A DNA stretch of 64,000 nt from NCBI GenBank assembly GCA_965209055.1, contig OZ242374.1:448001-512000 (forward strand). Direction: 5' to 3'. Of the stretch, positions 29,528-37,589 are shown piece by piece. The notes under the pieces were generated by a model, which made no database searches, was not told the DNA's origin, and saw only the letters and a list, made by a program, of their open reading frames with translations. Within the stretch, counting starts at the first letter, position 1. Every line of letters starts with the position of its first letter. The position numbers and the translations under genes were made by a program. Origin of the DNA: Acidobacteriota bacterium. GTDB taxonomy: Bacteria > Acidobacteriota > UBA6911 > RPQK01 > JAJDTT01.

Positions 29528-31492
29528 ATGCTCTGGCGCCGCCGAGTCCCACCCCCCGAACCCCGGCCGGTCCTGGAGTCCTTCCTTCTGCGGGTCCTCG
29601 GCCAGCTCCGCAACCGCCGGTCCCCCTGGCAACAACACCAGCCCTCCGAATACCGGATCTGGCCCGAGCGCTTTCCTTCCCACCAGCCCTACGCCGGGGT
29701 CCAGGGACTGCACCTTCTCTGTCGGGCCGCCGAGCGGGGATACTCTGACCCCCTTTGGGCCACCCGGGACCGGATCGAAGCCGCCGGGGGCCGGATTTCC
29801 AAGGATCAGACTGGTGTCCTCCCCCTCCCGGCCGGGGACCTTGATTCCCCGCCGCCGGAGAGCCCCCCGGCACAGAACGGCTCCGAAGAGGGCTCGGCCG
29901 CTCTTTTCAACGTCGAGCAGGCCACGGGCCTGTTCCTCCCGCCGCGTGACGATCGGCCCCCGCCTTCCTGGGAGGTCTACAAACGGGTCGAGCGTCTGCT
30001 CGAAGCCAGCGGCGTCGGCCGCCGCCACGAACCCGGTGACCGGGCCTACTACCACCTGGGAGAGGACCGGATCGTCCTGCCGCCGCAGGACCGGTTCCCC
30101 GGCGCCCGGCGCTATTACCAGACCCTTCTTCACGAACTCGGCCACGGGACCGGCCACCCGGACCGGCTCAACTGTCCGGGCCTCGCCGCCGCCCTTCGGG
30201 ACGGGCCCGACTCGACCGCTGCCGCCCGCGAAGAGCTCCGGGCCGAGATCGCGGCCCTGATGACCGGCGTCCGGATCGGCCTCGGCCACCGGCCCCGCAA
30301 TGGGGAGTTCTACACCAAGCACTGGATCCAACTCCTGGAGTCCGATCCCCGGGAACTGGTCCGGGCCGCTGCCGACGCCTGGCGCATGAGCGAGGCCCTG
30401 CTCGCCGGCGCCCGCGAGCTCAAGGAGCGGACCACCGAGCCGTCCTCCGTCCGTTCCGGCGTCCGGGAGGCACCGCGGCTCCGGATCCGACAGATTGCCC
30501 CGGCGCTCGCCTCCCCTCCGCTCCCCGCTCTGGGAGCGCCCCGTCCGGCGCCGGGCGCCGACGTGCTGGAGCGCTTCGGCTGGCACGGGGAAGAGGCCGA
30601 GTGGATCGCCTTGGTCTGCCGCCACGGCGGCTGGTTCACCCGCGCCCAGTTCTGCGCCCATTTCCGTTGCCGGAGAAACCGCGCCCTGCGCTTCGTCCGC
30701 CGCCTCGTCGCACGCCGCCACGGCGTCGAGGAGGACCTCGACGGCCTGCCCACCACCACCCGGACCTGCCGCATCGCCGCCAAGGCCTTGTACCGCGCGC
30801 TGGGCCTGGAGCGCGTCCCCCACCCCGGATCTTCCGCTTGGGTCCGGCTCCGCCGTCTGCTCTCGCTCGATTACGTCATCGATCACCCCCAGCGGCGGTG
30901 GCTTCCCACCGGGCGGGAGAAGGCCTGGGCGCTGGAGGCGCTGGGCCTTTCCCGGCGGCTGTTCCCGTGCCGCCACTATGCCGGCCATGCTCAGGGACGG
31001 AGCCGCTACTTCCCCCGCAAGCTCCCGCTGGCCCTGGAGGAGGACCGGGCGACCTTCGTCTACGTCGATCCCGGCCGGGACACCGACTCGGAACTGCTCT
31101 CGTGGGGGGCGGAGCACGCCCCGCTCTGGGCCTCGCTACGCGCACAAGACCACCCGGTGCACGTGGTCGCGGTGGCCCGCGACGACCTCCGCCGGGAGCG
31201 GGCCGAAAAGGTCCTGCGCCGCTGGGCCGGCCCTGGTCCCGTGGCCGAGTTCGAGCCCCTGTCCCCGGAGGAGGAGCAGGTCATCCGCATCATCGGGCAG
31301 GCCGTCCGGACCAACGACCGGGAGTGCCTCGCCCGCTACGGCGGCTTTTTGAACGCCCTGGACCACCGCCAGGCGTTGCTGGAGCGGGCCACCGCCCCCA
31401 TCCCTCAAAACCGCATCCGCATCGACCGGGGCCGAACTTGGCTCTCGGTCCGGATTACAGCGGAAACGGAGGTAGGATTGTGGAGCGCCTGA
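29528..31492 (+). CDS. ArdC-like ssDNA-binding + zincin metallopeptidase (HELGH) protein fused to a C-terminal uncharacterised mobile-element domain
   Basis: PW...QPYAGVQGLHLL..ERGYSDPLWAT..GGRI.K; AYY..EDRIVLP; YYQTLLHELGHGTGHPDRLN; REELRAEIA; then a ~310-aa tail (WIALVCRHGGWFTRAQF...RRLLSLDYV...FVYVDPG); GTG 29465 is an alternative start. Confidence 0.8.
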   Translation: MLWRRRVPPPEPRPVLESFLLRVLGQLRNRRSPWQQHQPSEYRIWPERFPSHQPYAGVQGLHLLCRAAERGYSDPLWATRDRIEAAGGRISKDQTGVLPLPAGDLDSPPPESPPAQNGSEEGSAALFNVEQATGLFLPPRDDRPPPSWEVYKRVERLLEASGVGRRHEPGDRAYYHLGEDRIVLPPQDRFPGARRYYQTLLHELGHGTGHPDRLNCPGLAAALRDGPDSTAAAREELRAEIAALMTGVRIGLGHRPRNGEFYTKHWIQLLESDPRELVRAAADAWRMSEALLAGARELKERTTEPSSVRSGVREAPRLRIRQIAPALASPPLPALGAPRPAPGADVLERFGWHGEEAEWIALVCRHGGWFTRAQFCAHFRCRRNRALRFVRRLVARRHGVEEDLDGLPTTTRTCRIAAKALYRALGLERVPHPGSSAWVRLRRLLSLDYVIDHPQRRWLPTGREKAWALEALGLSRRLFPCRHYAGHAQGRSRYFPRKLPLALEEDRATFVYVDPGRDTDSELLSWGAEHAPLWASLRAQDHPVHVVAVARDDLRRERAEKVLRRWAGPGPVAEFEPLSPEEEQVIRIIGQAVRTNDRECLARYGGFLNALDHRQALLERATAPIPQNRIRIDRGRTWLSVRITAETEVGLWSA

Positions 31493-31570
31493 GGGGTCGC
31501 ATGCGCCCGGTCCCGGGTGGAACCTGTGGACATCGTGGATCCACGGGCTGCGAAGAGCACGGAAAGTCCC

Positions 31571-31905
31571 ATTGACGGCAATGTGGCGGACCGCTCCCGG
31601 GCCGTGTTCCACCTCCGGGGGCGTGTCCGGAGAAGTCCCAGGATGTGAAACACACATGGGGGGGTGTGTTCCACTCTCGGAGCAGCGAGTGTTACACGCT
31701 TCCTTTCCGCTATCTTGTTGAGCCCCTTCGAGTTGTCCCCGTCCTCCTGAAGGAGGCGCGCCCGGACGAGGAGTCCGGGGAGAAGAAGTGAGCGACCCCC
31801 CCTTTTTGCCGCCCGGTGCGGGCGCGGGGGTGTTGCGCAATTCACATCTGCGCAGCACCCCCTGGGGGGGGTCGCTCCCGTCCAAATTATCCCTGGCGGG
31901 AAGGC
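31571..31905. repeat. Structured non-coding element, copy 3 (inverted relative to the others; distal half diverged)
   Basis: GAGCGACCCCCCCTTTTTGC...GCCCGGTGCGGGCGCGGGGGTGTTGCGCAATTCACATCTGCGCAGCACCCCCTGGGGGGGGTCGCTCCCGTCCAAATTATCCCTGGCGGGAAGGC at ~31790-31905. Confidence 0.8.
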
Positions 31906-32295
31906 CCCTGCGAAGATTTCTGAAGACCTTTTGTGGCCATCCAAGGCGTCCATTCCCCTCACGTGGCACAACATGATCTCGGGATGACCACAGGCCACAA
32001 GTGCCACCGGGGTACGCTTGAAGGATGAGGATTTTCCGCGTCCGCTTGGACGACGACCTGGACCGAGCCCTAGAGTGTCTGGACTCGCTATACTACGTGA
32101 ACATCAGCGACTGGGGCGCTCGTCACTCAGCACCGGGAAAACTCCCTGCCGGTCTGGAACGGGCCACCATCAAGATCAAGACACGGGGACGTGGGTGCCT
32201 TGATCCGCACCGTCGTCGAGGTCCTCCAACGCGACTCGGATTTCGGCCTAGTCCGCGATTAGGGTATAGGATAGACTGAGAGGGAGGAGATATAG

Positions 32296-32487
32296 ATGCC
32301 CCCAGAACTCGAACCCTGGATTTCCCCCGCCGTCATCGTCGGATTTATGCTCTACTTGAACCGCCGCCTCGAATCCCGGCTGGATCGGATGGAATCTCAG
32401 ATCGGGGAACTTCGGGAGCGAATGGCGCACCTGGAAGGGCTTCTGGAAGGCCTGCGCGAAGCCATCACCCGCCAGCCCGCCGCCTGA
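32296..32487 (+). CDS. Small single-TM coiled-coil protein (63 aa)
   Basis: GGAGG RBS; hydrophobic PAVIVGFMLYL followed by heptads LESRLDRMESQIGELRERMAHLEGLLEGLREAI. Confidence 0.75.
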   Translation: MPPELEPWISPAVIVGFMLYLNRRLESRLDRMESQIGELRERMAHLEGLLEGLREAITRQPAA

Positions 32488-32810
32488 GCGGCGCGGGCCT
32501 GCTCAACAAGTTCCTGGACTAGATTCGGTAGATGGCGGATTTCATCGGTCATTTCATTAGAGGGCTGATCTGGGAATACCGGAAGCAGAAGCGGCAACAG
32601 CGGGCCGTTAAGGCGCGCCGGAAAAAGACTCAGGACCTATCGGAAACACAGAATCGTTGGAGCGTCTTTTTCCGGGAACTGAGTTCCGCTCCTGATAGTG
32701 GCAATAGGTCGCGAGTGGTAGGGCTCGGGCTCCCGCCGGGGCCATCGCGAAGGGTCCCGGCACAAGAACAACCACCCGTGGGAATCTCGGATCGCTACGG
32801 GGGAGAACAT

Positions 32811-33218
32811 ATGGCTTATCAAATCCGAGGAACGACTGAACGGGAGCGGGCTGAAGAAACCCTCCAAATCATCAACGGTTTGCTTCCATCAAAGGGGACG
32901 ATTACGCCGCCGACTGGGAAATCGGACCAGGTGCGTTATGTGCTGACTCATGATGCTCTCGTTCCGAAGATGCGGGAGATGGGAAAACGGAAGCCGAGAG
33001 TTGCGGCGACCTTCCGGGCCGAGCCCAAGAGTCAACTTTGGGCAAAGAGGAGTTTTCAGGGGAATTCTGTTGAGAGACGGGATGTGACGGTTCTCGTGCC
33101 CTTGTTGGGCAAGGACATTGGCTTGAGTGAGAACCATAGAGGAGAACCTTGCACCTATGTCACTAGCGTCCCGGAGGCCAGAGCTCTCGCTAGGGAGATT
33201 TGTCGCGTCTGGCCTTGA
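32811..33218 (+). CDS. Hypothetical protein (135 aa)
   Basis: GGAG RBS before ATG 32811, within the longer ORF 32532-33218; no recognisable motif. Confidence 0.5.
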   Translation: MAYQIRGTTERERAEETLQIINGLLPSKGTITPPTGKSDQVRYVLTHDALVPKMREMGKRKPRVAATFRAEPKSQLWAKRSFQGNSVERRDVTVLVPLLGKDIGLSENHRGEPCTYVTSVPEARALAREICRVWP

Positions 33219-33451
33219 GTTTTCTCCTGTCACCTGTCGGTGATCCCGCTTCCGGACAGGGATGTAGTATTTGCTTTATCGTTCCCTGAGCCGATCCCAG
33301 AGAGTCGCCCGCTTGTTCCCGCCGACGATCCGACGCTTCCTCCGGACCCGCGAGCCGCGATTGGCGGCACCGCCGGTAGAAGTCCTCGATCGTCACTAGT
33401 TGAGACTCATTCTTTCCCTTCATACTCTCCGCCCAGGTTCGCAAGAAGAAA

Positions 33452-33793
33452 AGACACATACCAACTACAGGTCCCTGACAAGAGAGCGCCGAGGCCCTGG
33501 GTTCGAGCCTCCCCACCCTGTGGGAAATCAAAGATTTCCCACAGGGTGTCAGGCTCACCCTGCCTGACCCTTTTTCACGCGCTCCTGTTTGTCGCGTCCC
33601 ATGAGAATGGGTCCCTCGCGCAGTCTCGGACTGCTTCCAGCCGGGAGCAGACTTTCTTCCGTGGGGGGCGCTGATTGTGGGGTCGGCAAAACGACGCACC
33701 CTGTTGGGAAATCTCTGATTTTCCACACGGTGGGGAGGCTCGAACCCAGGGCCTCGGCGCTCTCTGGAAGGGATTTTCAGTTGGTATGTGTCT
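33452..33793. repeat. ~97-bp inverted repeat pair (33452-33548 / 33697-33793) with a 37-bp identical core and an internal hairpin
   Basis: AGAGAGCGCCGAGGCCCTGGGTTCGAGCCTCCCCACC at 33481-33517 and its exact reverse complement at 33729-33765; CACCCTGTGGGAAATC-AAA-GATTTCCCACAGGGTG hairpin. Confidence 0.9.
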
Positions 33794-33926
33794 CTTCGCA
33801 TCCGGGGGGTTCGGGGGGGCTGGCCCACCCGCGACGAGCGTCAGGTTCACTGGCGGCAATTTGAACCGCCAGGGGTTCTGGCGCAACTGGGGGGACAGGT
33901 CCACCCGGTCCACGGTCTTCCTCCGG

Positions 33927-34225
33927 GCCTTCCTGCAAGGATAATTGAGACGGGAGCGACCCCCCCAGGGGGTGTTGCGCAGATGTGAATCGCGCAACGC
34001 CCCCGCGCCCGCACCGGGCAGCAAAAAGGGGGGGTCGCTCCCGTCCACCTCCGTTTTCCCCGTGCGGGCGCCGGCGTCCGGGAATCTGGTCGTAACCACA
34101 AGCCGGAAAGGGAGATCGGGGACCTCACCTGTGTAAGGTGGAAAGCCCTCATGATGTAAGTGACCCCCGTTGTCTCACTGACACTCCCGGATCAGCCACG
34201 TGACCCTTTTTTCAGCGGTTAAAAT
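33927..34225. repeat. Structured ~300-bp non-coding element, copy 4
   Basis: GACGGGAGCGACCCCCCC...GGGGGGGTCGCTCCCGTC closing stem; colinear with copy 1 over its whole length. Confidence 0.85.
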
Positions 34226-34790
34226 CAGCCTCCGTCAGCCTTTGCGACTGCCCAGCGCCCTCACCGCCGATCACGATCTGGACGGAGCGATCTTCGACCA
34301 CTTCGACCACTAGTTGCCACAGGAACGGCCGCTTCAGCGGGTTTGGAACGGCATGAAAGGCAACGGATCGGGGAAAGCGTCTTTGTGAATCACAGGGACC
34401 GCTTTTTGTGAATCGACCCCCCTTGTCCCATTCACATCCTGGATCGGGCGCGAAACCCTCTTGACGCACACCCGAAACGAGTCACGAATGACCTTTCGCC
34501 TGTCGAGTGTGCGGCGCTCATGACACCGTTCCCCCGGCAGCGAGAAGTTCACCTCCGCTTCGACCAGCGGCGGGATGGATCGCCTTGGAGAGTTCGGCGT
34601 ATAATCCCCTTTTCAAAAGCCGCAGCTTCGGCATCCAGTTTCTTGAGCCGTTCCATCCGGAATCGGTTGAATGCCAATCCGACGATGACCTAAAGGCTGT
34701 CAGGATCTACCGCAGGAAACGAAGGGAGTGCCCTACCGGCTAGTATGGCTGCCGGGATCCGCTCCTCGGTTGAGCCACCGAAGAGGAACC

Positions 34791-35534
34791 ATGAGCCAAG
34801 AAGAGCGAACGCTGCCCAAGATCACTCAAAAGTGGGGTTTTGGTATGGCCCCTCCCAAGTCGAAGGTGCAAGATTCCCGCGAAAGCGCCTGTACACATTT
34901 GTTGGAGACAATTTCTTCCGAGACACTTCCGCCGCCGGACGAGAATTTGCTGCGGATGGTAAGTGAGGTGAAAGGGATGTTCACGCGCCTCGTTCGTAAG
35001 GATCAATGGGATTGGTTCACCGTTTCTGGCCAACTCGGATACCCTCCGACACGTATAGCCAACTTGATTTCCCAGGAACTTAAGCACCTCCGTATGGCCA
35101 TCAAGACACAGAGTGCAGCGGCATATGACAATGCCCGAGCGAATTTGTGCCGTTTGCCTACCCACCGCTGTCTTTCTGTCTTTCTCGGACGAGTAGAGAT
35201 TGAGAATCCACCCGACGCGGGCTGGATCTACGTACTTTCAACGCGGGAATCCAGAAACCTGCTGAAAATCGGCGTGACAACTCGAACGGTTGAACAGAGG
35301 ACACGTGAGATCAATAGCGCAACAGGCGTGGCAATCCCGTTCGGTGTAATGTGTTGCTGGCGGGTTTCCAAGCCGCAAGAGGTGGAAACGCTGGTTCACA
35401 ACGCACTTCGTGAATTCCGTCTTCGCGGAGACCGGGAGTTTTTTCAGGTTCCGTTCTCAATCGCGGCGCAGCGAATCGAAACAGTAATCCGCGAAAGTTC
35501 CCTTGGATTACGAATGGTGCTAACGAAGATCTGA
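34791..35534 (+). CDS. GIY-YIG superfamily nuclease (T5orf172/MUG113-like domain) protein
   Basis: GWIYVLS..LLKIGVTTRTVEQRTREINSATGV..VETLVHNALREFRL..REFF; GAGGA RBS. Confidence 0.8.
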   Translation: MSQEERTLPKITQKWGFGMAPPKSKVQDSRESACTHLLETISSETLPPPDENLLRMVSEVKGMFTRLVRKDQWDWFTVSGQLGYPPTRIANLISQELKHLRMAIKTQSAAAYDNARANLCRLPTHRCLSVFLGRVEIENPPDAGWIYVLSTRESRNLLKIGVTTRTVEQRTREINSATGVAIPFGVMCCWRVSKPQEVETLVHNALREFRLRGDREFFQVPFSIAAQRIETVIRESSLGLRMVLTKI

Positions 35535-35662
35535 CTAAGTCAGAAGTCTTCACTATCAGGGTGAACTCTGGAAGCATGAAAGGGCAAAAGGAATCCCAGC
35601 TAGTGACGGTCGAGGACTTCTCCGCCCGGATCTCCAACCCCCACACGCTAAATTGATCGGAC

Positions 35663-36334
35663 ATGAACTGGACAGATTTTGCCACGAACGCAATTCCGTC
35701 TGGATTGGCGGCTCTCGGCGGCGCTTGGGCGGCTTTTTGGTTTGCAAGCTTGCGGGAGAAGCGCAGGCAGAATGCCAACCAATACGTGGCGATCAGGCTC
35801 GCTCACTTCACCGTAATGAGCCAGTATCAAGAGCTCATTACAGTACGGGACTCCTACTTGGGAAACCTTGAGAGCCAGCCAGATGCCTGGCTGCGCCTTT
35901 ACCCAATGAGCCTTGGTCCTGCAGCGCCGACCGTGAATATTCCGGAGTTGGCTTTTACTTTCGAGAGCTCAGACCCGGATCTTCTGAACAGGTTGGTCGT
36001 AGGCGAGGCGCGATACCAGACGGTCCGTAAGACCATCACCCTCAGAAATGACAAACACTGTGCGCTTCAGCGTCGCGCGGACGCGCTTCAGGCGAAGGGT
36101 ATCGACGATGCCAAGGATGTGGGAACATTCAGTCGGATGCTCGGTCAGGACCTCGTTGTACAGTTGAAAGACATGACAGCAGGGCTGTTCGCGGCGAACC
36201 GCGATGCGATTCTTCTCTTGGAGAAGAACCTAAAGGACATCACGGCACTGTCTACCGAACTCTTTCCCAAGCGCAGGCCTCCCAGGTTCGAAGTCGTTCC
36301 CAAGGACAAGCGTGGTCAGACTTCTGCTCATTGA
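35663..36334 (+). CDS. Hypothetical protein with N-terminal membrane anchor
   Basis: 223-aa ORF; GLAALGGAWAAFWFA followed by a basic stretch; helical remainder. Confidence 0.65.
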   Translation: MNWTDFATNAIPSGLAALGGAWAAFWFASLREKRRQNANQYVAIRLAHFTVMSQYQELITVRDSYLGNLESQPDAWLRLYPMSLGPAAPTVNIPELAFTFESSDPDLLNRLVVGEARYQTVRKTITLRNDKHCALQRRADALQAKGIDDAKDVGTFSRMLGQDLVVQLKDMTAGLFAANRDAILLLEKNLKDITALSTELFPKRRPPRFEVVPKDKRGQTSAH

Positions 36335-36589
36335 AACCGAGCCCATCTGCTCGTGTAAACGATTCGGGCCGCGTAAGCGGCTGGATCGGCCCGCCTGAAT
36401 CCAAGAATGGAGCCGCGAAGCGGGGAAGAGCGTGTCGGCTTTCAGGCGCAGGATGATTCTGCTGCCTGTTTGTTGCCTGTTCAGCACGTCAAACATTCGA
36501 AGTCAACCACTTTACCGATTCGGCGAAGAACCCGGTAACATATTGAACACGTTAATGTTCGGTAGTCTTTGACTGAGGGACAGTTGGGA

Positions 36590-37525
36590 CTAACAGTCCC
36601 CCCTCCCGGCCTTCAACCGGTTGAAGGTTTCCATCGCCCGCGCCGCCTTCTCCATCCGATCCTGCTCCTGGTAGATCTGCGCCAGGATGTAGTGCGGGTC
36701 GGCCAATTGGGGATCGAGATCCGCACACTTCAGGGCCGAAGAGACGGCTTCCTCCAGCCGTCCCAATTCCCGGTAGGCCTTGGCCAGGAGCAGGTGCAGA
36801 TGACTCGGCGGGAGGGCGGTCAGCGTGACGTAGAGCCGGCGGCTCTTGGCCACCGCCACCGCCCGGCGGTCGCGGCTGTAGAAGCCTGTCCCGGCAACCT
36901 GCAGGTGCTCCAGGGCTTCCGCTGCCTGTCCCTGCTTGAGCAACATTTCGGCCAGCTCGAGCCGGGCCACGACATTCTTCGGATAGAGCTCGATCTCGTA
37001 CCGGAGCTCTCGAATGGTCTCCTCGGCCGCTCCGTTGTTTCGATGGACCCGGGCCAGGTGGTAGTGGACCGCGGGAAAGCTGTAGTCGCTCTCGACGATC
37101 GTTTTGAATTGCTCCAGCGCCCGTTCGAGGCGGTTGAGTTCGTGATAGGTCCGGCCCAGGTAGAAACGGGTCATCAGGTTCGATCCATCCATCTCCACGG
37201 CGCGTTCCAACAGGGGCAGCGCTTCTTCCTGCCGCTGCTGCCGGAGCAGAATGACGGCCAGGTCGAAGTGATGGCCCGGCTCGCCGGGTCCCAGCTCGAC
37301 GGATCGTCTCAGGCTGGCTTCGGCTTCGGGCAACTGCCGCAACTGGGCGAAGATCAGGCCCTGGAGATGATGGCCGGCAGCGTTGCCGGGATCCTCCGCC
37401 AGGATTTCATAGGTCACGGCCAGGGCTTCAGGGTAGTTCCGCTGCTGAAAGTGGCGGACGGCCTCATCGTAGGTTTGGCTCCAGAGCGGCAGGAATCCGA
37501 GACCCCAGACCAGTGTTGCAAGCAT
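36590..37525 (-). CDS. Tetratricopeptide repeat protein, secreted
   Basis: Signal-like MLATLVWGLGFLPLWSQ and many TPR units; the ORF extends upstream to 37582. Confidence 0.85.
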   Translation of the reverse strand: MLATLVWGLGFLPLWSQTYDEAVRHFQQRNYPEALAVTYEILAEDPGNAAGHHLQGLIFAQLRQLPEAEASLRRSVELGPGEPGHHFDLAVILLRQQRQEEALPLLERAVEMDGSNLMTRFYLGRTYHELNRLERALEQFKTIVESDYSFPAVHYHLARVHRNNGAAEETIRELRYEIELYPKNVVARLELAEMLLKQGQAAEALEHLQVAGTGFYSRDRRAVAVAKSRRLYVTLTALPPSHLHLLLAKAYRELGRLEEAVSSALKCADLDPQLADPHYILAQIYQEQDRMEKAARAMETFNRLKAGRGDC

Positions 37526-37589
37526 TCGTTTCGAGGTTCCGCGAATCTCCCGCGCCGGACGCCTGGGATCTGAAGCTGGCACAAACCGA

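Larger units (their letters stand above)
26742..36579. mobile_element. Island 2 (~9.8 kb) bounded by ~160-bp imperfect inverted repeats
   Basis: 26742-~26900 is the reverse complement of ~36417-36579 (CCCTCAGTCAA...ACATTAACGT...CGGGTTCTTCGCCGAATCGGxAAAGTGGTTGACT...ACAGGCAACAAACAGGCAGCA...GAAAGCCGACAC); mobile-element cargo inside, host-type genes outside. Confidence 0.7.

Noticed and set aside
33481-33765. 37-bp identical repeat as a CRISPR repeat or tRNA fragment
   Set aside because: Only two copies, in inverted orientation; no cloverleaf can be built around GGGTTCGAGCC
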